Source: an uncultured virus (IMG/VR IMGVR_UViG_3300026963_000002)
Taxonomy: Duplodnaviria > Heunggongvirae > Uroviricota > Caudoviricetes > Thumleimavirales > Hafunaviridae
Strand: one strand, 5' to 3'
DNA: 64,000 nt
IMG/VR virus record: IMGVR_UViG_3300026963_000002
Positions 9,462 to 19,034 of the stretch are shown here, one piece after another. The notes below the pieces were generated by a model. That model saw nothing but the letters and a program-made list of their open reading frames with translations, did not search any database and was not told the DNA's origin. Every line of letters starts with the position of its first letter. Within the stretch, counting starts at the first letter, position 1. The position numbers and the translations under genes are program-made.

Positions 9462-10376
9462 TTAGAGCCAAGCCGGGGACTCGCCCCGGTATTCCTCCTT
9501 CCACTCGGGGTAGGAGAGCGTGTCGTCGCGGTAGAAGTACGCCCGACCGGGGAACGGGTGTTCCTCGTCCGAGCCGATACAGAGTTCGTCACGAGAGGGA
9601 GGTCGTGCCTTCCGCTCGTTTTCGAGAATCGCGGGTGTTTGTGGGTGTTCGACCTCCCGCCGTCGCCGGTTCAGGAACGCCGAGTCAACTCGGTCGCCCT
9701 TGTTCCACGAGAGCAGGACGTTCTCCATCGACCGCTCGATGCGATCATAGTAGTTGTAGCCGTCCTCTCCCCACTTATCGCCCTGCCACACACTCCCAAA
9801 TTGAGCCGCTTTCAGCGGAGAGGCGGTGTCAACAGAGTGAACGGGGACGTAGTGGGATAACTCGAATTGTCGGTGCGGGCTACCACCGAGGATGTGAACG
9901 CTTCGGCAGTTACGGTACTCCCATACAGGCCACGGTACACCACCAAAGCGGTCTTGAGCGGGGAGTCCGACACGGAACCGAGAGGGTACACGGTCGGGCT
10001 TGACGCCCTTTGGAACCACAATAACGATTTCTGCGTGGCGGCGAAGCCGGTCAGCCTTAGCAAGAGTAGAATTGAGGGAAGACTTGTCCTCAATATCAGG
10101 CGCAACAGCATATTTTGGCTTCTCGCGCTTCACCACATCGAGGTGGGATTCCCATTTCTGGTCGAACGATAGATCATCTTGGAGAAACGGCCAATCGACG
10201 AACTCCACCGGAATCTCCCCCGGTGGTCGGGCTTTCGTACTTTCCATCCCCACGAGCGAGCCACCACGGTAGGCCGCTCGGGGCATATCCTCGCCGCCGC
10301 AGGACGTGACTATAACATCGATCTTGTCGGGTGAGCTGGTGCTGTCGCTGGTTGTTGCGTATTCTGTGAGACTCAT
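9462..10376 (-). CDS. Possible TGT/DpdA-fold (DUF6610-like) protein
   Basis: VAPD, VHILGGSP, HSVDTAS resemble transglycosylase-like H.LG...S.D motifs; recognition tentative. Confidence 0.45.
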   Translation of the reverse strand: MSLTEYATTSDSTSSPDKIDVIVTSCGGEDMPRAAYRGGSLVGMESTKARPPGEIPVEFVDWPFLQDDLSFDQKWESHLDVVKREKPKYAVAPDIEDKSSLNSTLAKADRLRRHAEIVIVVPKGVKPDRVPSRFRVGLPAQDRFGGVPWPVWEYRNCRSVHILGGSPHRQFELSHYVPVHSVDTASPLKAAQFGSVWQGDKWGEDGYNYYDRIERSMENVLLSWNKGDRVDSAFLNRRRREVEHPQTPAILENERKARPPSRDELCIGSDEEHPFPGRAYFYRDDTLSYPEWKEEYRGESPAWL

Positions 10377-10389
10377 TAGGAGTGTTCAG

Positions 10390-10563
10390 CTACGAGAGGG
10401 AGTGAGCGTGCTGTGCGTACAGGGTGTTGCGGATGGTTTCCGCTTGCTCCGCTTCCTCGTGCTGTCTCACAACACGCTTCATCTGAGCGTACTCCGTGAG
10501 CATCGAGGCGAGGTCATCGAACGATTCGTTGTGCAGGACGAAACTGAGGTTGCCTTCGGTCAT
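10390..10563 (-). CDS. Hypothetical protein (57 aa)
   Basis: Hand translation MTEGNLSF...; packed in operon. Confidence 0.55.
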   Translation of the reverse strand: MTEGNLSFVLHNESFDDLASMLTEYAQMKRVVRQHEEAEQAETIRNTLYAQHAHSLS

Positions 10564-10679
10564 TGTCGGTTATTGTATTCGTGTCGCAGGTAGTCGTAGA
10601 TCGTTCCAAGTCCGTAGCTCAGCACGAGAACACCGAGAGGAATCAGACAGAGCCGGAGGAATACGTCCCAGTCACTCAT
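10560..10679 (-). CDS. Small single-pass membrane protein (39 aa)
   Basis: MSDWDVFLRLCLIPLGVLVLSYGLGTIY...; overlaps both neighbouring genes. Confidence 0.5.
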   Translation of the reverse strand: MSDWDVFLRLCLIPLGVLVLSYGLGTIYDYLRHEYNNRQ

Positions 10680-10872
10680 TCATCCCGAGCTGACCGGGAA
10701 TCTTCGTGTTCCCGAACGGGGCGCAGTTCTCACAGTAGACGACTGAATTGAGAGAACCGCGATACCGGGCGCTCCGTCTCTGAACCACGTAGTAGTCGTC
10801 GTTACACTCCGGGTTCAGGTAGTTGAACGTCATTCCGCACTTCGTACAGTCGTGAGGGAGATTGAAGTCCAT
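10672..10872 (-). CDS. CxxC Zn-finger protein
   Basis: CTKC...CENC. Confidence 0.6.
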   Translation of the reverse strand: MDFNLPHDCTKCGMTFNYLNPECNDDYYVVQRRSARYRGSLNSVVYCENCAPFGNTKIPGQLGMNE

Positions 10873-11888
10873 CAGTAGGGATACCAATTCTTCTCTCGCT
10901 TGTGTTCGATAATCTCGTCTTTCGGCTTCGTAGAGCCATCAGGCTCCGCGAATCCGTGGTAGCCTTCTCCGCCCTTCTTCCCCCACGTCGACGGGCATTG
11001 GTCGTAGAAGAAGCACTTGCCGTGACCGTAGTGACAGAGGGGGCCGCTTTCGAGATCGTAGTTCCCGATCTCGGGCTTCATCTGCATCCCGAGGACTGAC
11101 TTGCGGATGATGTGTCGCCGGTCTTCGTCCGGGTACGGGCTGACGACCAGCTCATCCTCCTGTGGATAGTACCCGGCGACCCCGGCGATTTCGTAGTCCA
11201 GTTCGTTCTCGAACAGCCACCCGTAGAACTCTCCTTCGAGGTAGATTCCCTTGTGGCGATACTGCTCGTCCTGAACTTTCCCGGTCTTGTAGTCTACAAT
11301 CACCACGCCTTCCTCCGCCTCGACGCCGGGAACCGTTGCGGCGTGAAGCAGGGCGTCGGCGTACCCCATCCACGGGAGATTCCCGATAGGAACGTCGTCG
11401 CCTTCGAGTCGGCCTTCGACTTCAACCCCGAGGGGGAGCCACGCTTCGAGGGCGTACTCCATCACGGTCTTCCCGTCGCGGGGGTCGTCCAGAGCGCGGA
11501 ACTTCGCGGCGGCGTAGTCGCACGCCAGCTCCCATCGCTCGTCCTCGAACTGCCAAAAGTTGCGGATGTGGGGTTCGAGCCATTGTGCCCAATCCTCCCA
11601 CGGCCCCATCAACTCGGCATACGTCTCGGGGCGCTTCCCGTGTTCTTCGACGTACTCGATCAGGTTCAGGTGGAACGTCTCGTAGGCCCGGTGAATCTGA
11701 CTCCCCTTCTCGGTGTGGTAAGAGCCGGGCGTCCGGTTCCCACACCAGTAGGAGTAGAAGAACTTGCGCGGGCATTGGAGATACGTCTTGATTCGGGACT
11801 TCGAGATGTGTTCGAGTCCGTTCTCAAAATGCTCCTCTGGAACCGTGAGATCGATTTCGTTTCCGTCGTCTGTGAGTGCTTTACTCAT
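10872..11888 (-). CDS. Cas4/RecB-like PD-(D/E)XK exonuclease
   Basis: S.S....Y.QCPRK, GYAD, IVDYKTG, three C-terminal Cys (Fe-S staple). Confidence 0.85.
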   Translation of the reverse strand: MSKALTDDGNEIDLTVPEEHFENGLEHISKSRIKTYLQCPRKFFYSYWCGNRTPGSYHTEKGSQIHRAYETFHLNLIEYVEEHGKRPETYAELMGPWEDWAQWLEPHIRNFWQFEDERWELACDYAAAKFRALDDPRDGKTVMEYALEAWLPLGVEVEGRLEGDDVPIGNLPWMGYADALLHAATVPGVEAEEGVVIVDYKTGKVQDEQYRHKGIYLEGEFYGWLFENELDYEIAGVAGYYPQEDELVVSPYPDEDRRHIIRKSVLGMQMKPEIGNYDLESGPLCHYGHGKCFFYDQCPSTWGKKGGEGYHGFAEPDGSTKPKDEIIEHKREKNWYPY

Positions 11889-12807
11889 TGATTTCTACTT
11901 TTTCGAGAATCACGTCGTACCACCCACTCCCCGGTTCTTCGACGGCGGCGTACACCGAGCCGTCACCGAACACCGGGTAAGAGAGCATATACCACGTCCC
12001 GTCTCGGTCGTCTTGGGGAATCTGCGTGAGAAGTTCCTGCTGACCGTTCCGTACTTGACCGGCGAGGATTTCCACCGTCGCTACCGCATCGAGGTGGTCG
12101 GGCGCTCCGAGCGTTTTGTCGTTGATGTGGAGCGTGAGCCGGTCGTGTAGGTTGACGCTCTTGAGCGGCTGGCACTCGGACTGAGAGACGACGATGGAGT
12201 TGTCCTCCTCGGGTTCTTCCACGTCGTCGGCCCATTCCATCAAACGGACTTGCTGGCCGTCGTCCCCCTCCTCGATGTGGTAGACCGCTCCCCGGTGGTG
12301 GAGAACGTCCATCACGTCGTCGGGAACTTCCCCGTAGGCGAAAATCGCGCTCGGGAAGGGAGCCGACCCGTCCGTATGCTCGAACTTGAGGCGGCCCTCG
12401 ATAACGCAGAACACCTCGGCCTCGACCGCGTACTTGTGGAACCATTGCGTACTCGTTCGGTTCGGAACCAAACAGAGAACGTAGTCCACGTCGTCGCGCT
12501 GAGCCTCGGTGCTGGCCTTCTTCATCCAGTCCTCAATATCGGAGTACGGTGGGTTCATCCAGACCGAGCCGAACCACCGCTGAGCGAGGCCGTCGTCGTC
12601 TATCGTGAATCGCTCCCGTCCGATGGGTTCGGGTTCACATCCAGAACAGGGGTCGAGGTCGAATTGTCCGCCGTTCGCCCGCTTCAGTTGGCGAGCGAGT
12701 TCAACAGGAGTGCCGCGTTCGTCGTTACCGGATTCGTAGTGCGCCTTGTTTTGAAAATCCCTACCTCCTTCAGTCGGTTTGTCCTTGGTCTTGCTGTTCG
12801 TACTCAT
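11881..12807 (-). CDS. Phage-type DNA N6-adenine methyltransferase
   Basis: TP, FDLDPC, WMNPPYS, LVPNRTST.WF, GRLKF. Confidence 0.88.
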   Translation of the reverse strand: MSTNSKTKDKPTEGGRDFQNKAHYESGNDERGTPVELARQLKRANGGQFDLDPCSGCEPEPIGRERFTIDDDGLAQRWFGSVWMNPPYSDIEDWMKKASTEAQRDDVDYVLCLVPNRTSTQWFHKYAVEAEVFCVIEGRLKFEHTDGSAPFPSAIFAYGEVPDDVMDVLHHRGAVYHIEEGDDGQQVRLMEWADDVEEPEEDNSIVVSQSECQPLKSVNLHDRLTLHINDKTLGAPDHLDAVATVEILAGQVRNGQQELLTQIPQDDRDGTWYMLSYPVFGDGSVYAAVEEPGSGWYDVILEKVEINE

Positions 12808-12958
12808 CTTCGAGGACGGCGACGTGTTCCGTTATGTCCATCGCGTGAAGCTCACCGTCGCGCTTCTTGAACTCAATTACCGCTCTCTCCTGCGAAGCCG
12901 CTCGACGAAGAATATCCATCAGAATATCCTTCGTTTCCGAAGGGAGTCCGACGCTCAC
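12770..12958 (-). CDS. Hypothetical protein
   Basis: Packed small ORF. Confidence 0.5.
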   Translation of the reverse strand: MSVGLPSETKDILMDILRRAASQERAVIEFKKRDGELHAMDITEHVAVLEDEYEQQDQGQTD

Positions 12959-13119
12959 GAGAACAGGGCCTCCGCTTGGGTTTTCATCTCGCGGGGTTCG
13001 GGGTCAAATACGCCTTTCCACTTCTTGTTTCGCGCTTTTGCCAACCGTAGCGACCGCTCGATTTCGAGTGCGAGCGCGTCGATCTCATCATGTAGGTCTT
13101 GGTCTTCTTCCTTTGTCAT
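12955..13119 (-). CDS. Hypothetical protein (54 aa)
   Basis: Hand translation MTKEEDQDL...; overlaps neighbours. Confidence 0.5.
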   Translation of the reverse strand: MTKEEDQDLHDEIDALALEIERSLRLAKARNKKWKGVFDPEPREMKTQAEALFS

Positions 13120-13400
13120 CGACGTAGGTTGCTGGCGAGGTTGACGTAGCCGAGGCGGTCACGGTAATCATCCTCGTGGTAATCCCCACCCTGCGCTCGT
13201 GCGAGCTTGAACAGCGCCATCAAATCCGCCACGTCGGACGGGGTGATGTTCGGGTCGGGGATTCCGGTGTTGATGAAGTATGCGTTCCAGTAGTGAGCGA
13301 TTCGTTGAAAGGAGTCTTCGGGAGCGCCGTGTGTTTCTGAACGCCCCTCGATGATTTCAGCCGCTTCTTCGAGCAGTCTCCCGTTATTCACTTCGTCCAT
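13116..13400 (-). CDS. DUF6378-like helical phage protein
   Basis: EEAAEII.GR..HG.PEDSF.RIA.YW.AY...M..K.AR...D..GY. Confidence 0.7.
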   Translation of the reverse strand: MDEVNNGRLLEEAAEIIEGRSETHGAPEDSFQRIAHYWNAYFINTGIPDPNITPSDVADLMALFKLARAQGGDYHEDDYRDRLGYVNLASNLRR

Positions 13401-13770
13401 TTCGTACCCGGTCGTATTTGATCTCGTTCACGTCCATTCGAGCGTGGGTGGTCGGTTCTTCGCAGACCGGACACACCATCTCGGTCTGTTCACCCCTGTC
13501 TCGCTGGCTGATTACGTCCGTCTCGAAGTCACCGCACTCCGAACAACGATAGCGAAAAGCATCCTTGATACCGCGAACTTGCGACCGGACGATTCGACCG
13601 CCCTGAATCTGCTTGAGTCCGTTCTCGTAGTAGAACTTCACCGTCCCGTCAGGGAGGTTCATTACATCGACTACGTTCTCGTACTCTCGGAAGTTCGTGA
13701 GGTTGCCGTCGTCGTCAACCTGAGCGAGATGGATGTTGTGACTAATGCCGTCTGTTCCAAAGCTCATCAT
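13384..13770 (-). CDS. Protein with C-terminal Zn ribbon
   Basis: YRCSECG...CPVC. Confidence 0.65.
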   Translation of the reverse strand: MMSFGTDGISHNIHLAQVDDDGNLTNFREYENVVDVMNLPDGTVKFYYENGLKQIQGGRIVRSQVRGIKDAFRYRCSECGDFETDVISQRDRGEQTEMVCPVCEEPTTHARMDVNEIKYDRVRNGRSE

Positions 13771-13787
13771 TTGAAGTAGGGCCGTGG

Positions 13788-14141
13788 TTACTCGCCGTCC
13801 GGTGCAAAGTACCCGGAGTGCTTACCGTCGCGCTCTCCGAGCAGTTCGAGGTCGCCGCGCTGAAGTCTGAGGTAAACGCCGAAAGCAGACTCCTTCATCC
13901 CTTCCAGAATCTCTACGAGCTGTTCGTCGTCTTCGCCCTTCGCCATGAGAATCCGCTCATCGAGGGCGTTACTCAGCTTGAGTGCCCCCGACTTGTAGGC
14001 GTCAAGCTCCTGATGAGCCGTCTTAATGTCGCCCACGAGGTCAGAGAGGCGTTCGTCCTCGCCTCCGATCTCCACGGTTGTTTCGTTCATCAGGCGTTTC
14101 AACTCGGCAGTCGTGTCGGTGATAGATTCAGTCGCTTCCAT
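13788..14141 (-). CDS. Hypothetical coiled-coil protein
   Basis: Acidic helical ORF; start uncertain (14141 or 14162). Confidence 0.65.
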   Translation of the reverse strand: MEATESITDTTAELKRLMNETTVEIGGEDERLSDLVGDIKTAHQELDAYKSGALKLSNALDERILMAKGEDDEQLVEILEGMKESAFGVYLRLQRGDLELLGERDGKHSGYFAPDGE

Positions 14142-14562
14142 AGTAACCAGATTGGGTGTCAACTCGCCCCGCCGCCTTCGGGTCGCTGACGATCTCGTAG
14201 GTGGGTCGCCCGTCGTCGCAGATAAGACCGCACTCGGGACAAACCGGCTCGCCCGTGTCTATCTTCTTCGCGGCTTCCTCACAGTCCGGGCAGTAGAGGG
14301 TTTCCTCCGTGATTTTCTTCTTCAGCACACGGCCTCTCGGAGAGTCGTGAGCGATAGGAATGAACTCGTCATAGTATCCCTCCATCAGCTCGCCGTCAAT
14401 CATCCGTCCGGGGTGGTAACAGCGGAGGTGGGTGGGCATCCAGTCGTACTCGGTTTCGAGTGCGAACTTGTGGAGCGCCCAGTAGTCGTGGATTCCGGGG
14501 CCGCTCTCCATTTTAACCGTGTCAGCTCTTGGCTTGCCGAAGAACTCGTCTTTAGTATCCAT
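14128..14562 (-). CDS. Protein with TFIIB-type Zn ribbon
   Basis: CPDC...TGEPVCPECGLI. Confidence 0.65.
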   Translation of the reverse strand: MDTKDEFFGKPRADTVKMESGPGIHDYWALHKFALETEYDWMPTHLRCYHPGRMIDGELMEGYYDEFIPIAHDSPRGRVLKKKITEETLYCPDCEEAAKKIDTGEPVCPECGLICDDGRPTYEIVSDPKAAGRVDTQSGYYGSD

Positions 14563-14647
14563 TTAGTGTCCTGCTTTTGCGTACTGCTAAGAATCAGAGA
14601 ACGTTGCTTAAGTCTTCCGTAAGACTCACCGTTAAGTCTCCAAGTCT

Positions 14648-15829
14648 TTACGGCTGATACTGAACGTCGTAGAGCCACGTCAGCGGGAGGCTGTCCGAGA
14701 CTCCGTGAATCGTCGCACCGGGCATCGACCACTCGGAGATAGACTCCTCGAAGTCACCCGGCGGCTTGATGGAACCCGAGCGAATGACTGGAACGTTCAT
14801 CACGCGGTCAACGCCCTGCGTGTGGTAGTGCCCGGCGTAGGCGATCTCGAAGTCATGCTGAAGCATCCAGCCTCTCCAATCCCGCTTCGAGGCCGCCGTC
14901 CCGATGTGTTCTGCCGCGTTCTGCCCGTGCCGGAGGTGGGCCTTGTGACCCCGCATCTCGAAGTTCGTGAACCCCGTCCGGTCGTTCCGAATGAAGGTGA
15001 TGTTCTCGTAATCCGACGCCCGGACAATCGCATCGAGCATCCGGTACACGATGTCGTCCCCGTTCGCCTGCTGACTCGAACCGCTAATGCGAATCTCGCC
15101 GTGGTTCCCGGTCTGACACACGACCTGAACAGCCTCGAAGTGTTCCGCGAGAATACGAATCTGCTCGAAGTGAGCCTGAGTCGCAATGTCGATCTGCTCG
15201 TTCAGGTTCTTCTCCATCTCCCACGCTTGGCCGAGGTAGATACCGGAGCCGGTGATAATGTCACCGCCCATCAGGTAGTGAACCGTGTGGAACTCCCACC
15301 CGGCCTTCCGCTGTCGTTCGACCAGCTCAAGCGTCTTCTTCGTCCGGTAGCGAATCCGCTCAAGAGCGATTTCGGTGTTGAACACTTCGTTCCCAAACTC
15401 GTCTTCGAGAACGTCGCCAATGTGGTCGTCCGTGACGTGAATCACCACGTCCTCCTCCCCGCCTTCGGAGAGGGGAACTTCGCTGATAGCGGGTTCCGTC
15501 GCGTTCAGCACCTTATCGAGTCGTCGGGAGAGTGACCCGGCGGCATTGTTCAGCCGCTTCGTCTTCGTCGCCTTCGTGGTGGAACCGTACTCAGTCGTCC
15601 GGTTCTGGTTCGTGGGATGTTCCTTCTCCACGTTCCGCATATACGCTTCGACCTTCCCGCCCTCGATGCGTCTTTTCGCAAGCGGCGCTCCCTTGCGCTC
15701 GATACTGCTGATGTGATCGCGGGCCGTTGACTCGGAGAACCCAAACTCCTCGGAGAGAGCAGAGTAGGTCGCAGGCAGATAGTCGATGATTTCCAGTTCG
15801 GTCGGTGTGAGGTTCTGTTCGTAGTTCAT
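14648..15829 (-). CDS. HTH + calcineurin-like metallophosphoesterase
   Basis: DDHIG, GDII, GNHG, HG, GHYH; N-terminal HTH. Confidence 0.85.
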   Translation of the reverse strand: MNYEQNLTPTELEIIDYLPATYSALSEEFGFSESTARDHISSIERKGAPLAKRRIEGGKVEAYMRNVEKEHPTNQNRTTEYGSTTKATKTKRLNNAAGSLSRRLDKVLNATEPAISEVPLSEGGEEDVVIHVTDDHIGDVLEDEFGNEVFNTEIALERIRYRTKKTLELVERQRKAGWEFHTVHYLMGGDIITGSGIYLGQAWEMEKNLNEQIDIATQAHFEQIRILAEHFEAVQVVCQTGNHGEIRISGSSQQANGDDIVYRMLDAIVRASDYENITFIRNDRTGFTNFEMRGHKAHLRHGQNAAEHIGTAASKRDWRGWMLQHDFEIAYAGHYHTQGVDRVMNVPVIRSGSIKPPGDFEESISEWSMPGATIHGVSDSLPLTWLYDVQYQP

Positions 15830-17064
15830 GTAGGTACGTATTCTTCGTCGTAGATTCGACAGGATTCGTCCGAGAGGTCGTTCATTCCAACGCAGAACTC
15901 GCCGCCCGCATCCCAAACGTTCTTGCAGACAAACGGCCCTTCGTATCGGGTGATTAGGTCTTCAACAAGCGAGCGCGTCGTGGACTCGTTGAACCCCTCG
16001 ATGGGGCGAAAGAAGTTCACGATCACGTCGATGGGGACTTTCTTCTGAATCAGCTCCTTCATCACGTTAATTTCCATCACGCGACTCTCGGAGCCGTAAC
16101 CGTAGGAGTCGTCGCGCTTGACGAACTCCATAATACAGGGCTTGTTCGCAACGAGAAGCGGAATATCGCTGACCTTGATTCGGTCGTTCGCTTCCTCCGT
16201 GTAGCGTTTCACCGCCTTCGGGTCTTTCACCGACCGGCGGCGCTCGCTGTACGTGTTGTCGCCACCGCTGGCGTTCCGTACTTCGAGGGCGACCTCCCGG
16301 CGTCCGTCCTTCGAGGGGGTTCGCTCCTTGTAGGGCACGGGCCGGGGGCCGCTGGTAAGTTTCAGGTATTCCTCGGGAGTGAGGTCTACCAGTTCTTCGA
16401 TGCTCACCGGAACACACCAACTCGTTTCATCTCGATGCTCCGCACCGGGATGAGGCGTGTTCGGATGCCGGACGAGACGAGCAAGGTCGCTTGAGTCAAC
16501 GTCAACCCACGGGTCGATGTTGATTCCGCCCGCGATTTCGTCCAGTTGTTCTATCATCTGGTCGCCGTACCGCTCAAGACCACGCTTGAACTGCGTGTAG
16601 GAGCCGTTCGATACGTCCACTTCCTCGAAGTCGAAGAACAGGTGGATTCCCTTGTGGCCGGACAGGGACGCTCGCCAATGGTCTTGTTTCCCTCCCTCGA
16701 TGATCGCCTCAGCGACGAGCTGAACGCGAATCAGAAGGTCACTCATCGAGCGTTTCCACGCATCGAGGGTTCGGTTCCGTTCGCGGTATTCCGAGTCTTT
16801 CGGAATATCGAAGTCAATGAAGATTGTGTCAATCTTTGGGATGTTGTCACCGTCGTCGGTGTGACCCCGAGGGAAGGAGTAAACAGACACGTAGCCTGCC
16901 TTTCCAGCACGACCAGCTTCCAGAAGGTTGCTTACCAGTTCTACTCGATTATTCGCCGGTTCCTGAATCTTGAACCGGGTACTCGCCTGACGGGGAGCGT
17001 TCGGCCCCACGTCGGGACACCATACTTTCGATGCTTCCCATAGAAGCTTCTCGTGATTTCCCAT
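15826..17064 (-). CDS. Archaeo-eukaryotic primase (with PriL-like Cys C-terminus)
   Basis: FIDFD, SGHKGIH, RLVRHPNT; C-terminal PC...C..C..C. Confidence 0.8.
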   Translation of the reverse strand: MGNHEKLLWEASKVWCPDVGPNAPRQASTRFKIQEPANNRVELVSNLLEAGRAGKAGYVSVYSFPRGHTDDGDNIPKIDTIFIDFDIPKDSEYRERNRTLDAWKRSMSDLLIRVQLVAEAIIEGGKQDHWRASLSGHKGIHLFFDFEEVDVSNGSYTQFKRGLERYGDQMIEQLDEIAGGINIDPWVDVDSSDLARLVRHPNTPHPGAEHRDETSWCVPVSIEELVDLTPEEYLKLTSGPRPVPYKERTPSKDGRREVALEVRNASGGDNTYSERRRSVKDPKAVKRYTEEANDRIKVSDIPLLVANKPCIMEFVKRDDSYGYGSESRVMEINVMKELIQKKVPIDVIVNFFRPIEGFNESTTRSLVEDLITRYEGPFVCKNVWDAGGEFCVGMNDLSDESCRIYDEEYVPT

Positions 17065-17076
17065 GTGTGAGTGTGG

Positions 17077-17193
17077 TCATTCGGTACACCTCGTGGCGAA
17101 GCTGGTACAACCCGCGCTCTGACAGTCGGGGCAGTATTCGGAGAGGCCGCCCATACTGGTTTCACAGCACCGGCACGTCCAACGCCCGTTCAT
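17077..17193 (-). CDS. Cys-rich microprotein
   Basis: MNGRWTCRCC...CPDC. Confidence 0.45.
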   Translation of the reverse strand: MNGRWTCRCCETSMGGLSEYCPDCQSAGCTSFATRCTE

Positions 17194-18656
17194 CCGAGAG
17201 TCCCGCCAGCGAAGGCTTCCTCGGCGTCGGCGTCGGCATCGACTTCGGCCTCGGAGTCGTCGGAGTTGTCGCCGCCGTAGAGCGACTGACCGAAGACGTC
17301 TTCCTCGGCGCTCTCGGCCTCCTCTACTTTGTCTTCGAGGATGTTCTGCTTCGTGATGTTCAGCTTCTCCCCGGTGAATGGATGGGTCACGAACAGGCCG
17401 TCGCCTTCGCAGTACCGCTCGATGTATTCCTCCGCAATATCGTCGGGGAGGGCCTGCCGAGCGGTTTCCTTCGTGTCCTCGATCATCTCCTCCCAGTTGA
17501 GGGTCACGTCCCGGCGGGCTTGAGCCGCGAACTCGGACGCCTTCCACATCACGGGGTTCTCACTCTGGTCTTTCCGCACGTAGCCCTTCGTGAGCATATT
17601 GTTCAGCGCGGAGTGAACGTCGCGGTTCGTGATGTTGAAGCCACGGTCGCGCATCTCCATCTGAATCTCTGCCTTCGAGTACCCGTCGTTCGTGTCCCGA
17701 AGCATCGACAGCATCTCGAAGTCGATCTCCCGCAGGTTGAGCGCGGAGAGAATCATCTGCTCACCGAAAATCCGCATAGCGTACCACACGTCGGCGGGCG
17801 TGATTAGGAGAGTCGCCGTCTCCTTCCGGTCGGGGAGCGCGGGCGTCATCCGGTCTTTGTAGTGGAACAAAGCCACCGACCGGCAGAAGTCCAGCAGGCG
17901 CGGGAAGTCCTGTCGGGCCTCGGTGAAATGCTGAGGGAGCGGGTTCTGGTTGTTCAGAGCCACCGACACCGGGTTCAGCGTCCCACCGTTCGGGCCTTCG
18001 TCGGAAGCGAACATCTTGACCGGGATGCCGGAGACGTAACTCCGAATCTCCTCTCGCTCATCCTCGGTGAAGTTATACTCGACGAGGCCAGCTTCCTGCC
18101 GGGCCTGTCGCCGGTTCACCTTCTTGGTCAGCTCCTCGGAAGCGTCAATCGAGACGACCAACGCCCGGTTTCGTAGTTCGGGGTAGTCGTTGAGATCGAC
18201 CTGCTCGTTGTCCGAAGCGACGAACAGAACGAAAGCGTCCGGGGGCTTCAGCTCGAACGACTCTGTTTGGCCGCTCGTGCCGAGAGCGCGAGAGTGAGTA
18301 GCCGACTTACCCTCCCCGTGGCGCTTCATAATCTCCTCCAAGTGCTGTTTGTCTTGAAGGGTCGCAATGTCCGGGTAACGGTGGACACGGGCCGAGTTCA
18401 TCTGGTCTTCCTTCATGTAGAGGTCAGTCTTCGAGGTGGAGTCGGGAACCTTGAACACGAAGTCGCCCTTCGTGCAATAGTCCGCCGCGTCCACCACCAT
18501 GTCCTTACCTCCCCGAGAGAGGCCGGTCATAGCGACGAACCCCCCGTTGAACCACGAGAGGAATACGGTCTGAAGGGTGTCTTCTTCCCCCATCAGGCCG
18601 AAGTCCTCTTTCATCAGGGTGAGATCGTACAGGTTCGGAATGTAGGTGTCTTCCAT
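17190..18656 (-). CDS. P-loop NTPase, putative replicative helicase with C-terminal wHTH
   Basis: GLSRGGKD Walker A-like, next to primase. Confidence 0.6.
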   Translation of the reverse strand: MEDTYIPNLYDLTLMKEDFGLMGEEDTLQTVFLSWFNGGFVAMTGLSRGGKDMVVDAADYCTKGDFVFKVPDSTSKTDLYMKEDQMNSARVHRYPDIATLQDKQHLEEIMKRHGEGKSATHSRALGTSGQTESFELKPPDAFVLFVASDNEQVDLNDYPELRNRALVVSIDASEELTKKVNRRQARQEAGLVEYNFTEDEREEIRSYVSGIPVKMFASDEGPNGGTLNPVSVALNNQNPLPQHFTEARQDFPRLLDFCRSVALFHYKDRMTPALPDRKETATLLITPADVWYAMRIFGEQMILSALNLREIDFEMLSMLRDTNDGYSKAEIQMEMRDRGFNITNRDVHSALNNMLTKGYVRKDQSENPVMWKASEFAAQARRDVTLNWEEMIEDTKETARQALPDDIAEEYIERYCEGDGLFVTHPFTGEKLNITKQNILEDKVEEAESAEEDVFGQSLYGGDNSDDSEAEVDADADAEEAFAGGTLG

Positions 18657-18757
18657 TAATTGAGGAATCGAGGTCGTCTCACGGACTGCGTTGCATACGC
18701 CTATTTCATGTCCTGAGTCCGGTTGCTATACTACTTCATCGAGCGGGAGAACAGAGC

Positions 18758-18988
18758 CTACTCGTCCTTTCGGACGTGCTTCTCCCACCGCTCCATGATG
18801 CTCCTCTCGGTGGATTCCCACGCGAGGTCTTCCAGCGCCTCGATTACCTCGTCCACGTCTTCGTCGGCGGGAACCTCGGCGGTGAGGAACGTGTGGGCAG
18901 TCGCCGGTTCGTACTGACCCAACTGTTTCTTCTTGTCTGCTCCGACCTGTACCTCCGTCACGTACTGCTTGGCTTCATCCTTGTCCAT
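18758..18988 (-). CDS. Hypothetical protein
   Basis: Acidic small ORF. Confidence 0.6.
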   Translation of the reverse strand: MDKDEAKQYVTEVQVGADKKKQLGQYEPATAHTFLTAEVPADEDVDEVIEALEDLAWESTERSIMERWEKHVRKDE

Positions 18989-19034
18989 TTGTATGAGTTA
19001 ACGTTGGCCGTTCGAGTCTTTACGCCAAGAGTGT

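Noticed and set aside
10872..11888. Cas4 as evidence of a CRISPR-Cas system
   Set aside because: Solo Cas4-like nucleases are common in archaeal viruses; no other cas genes or arrays seen
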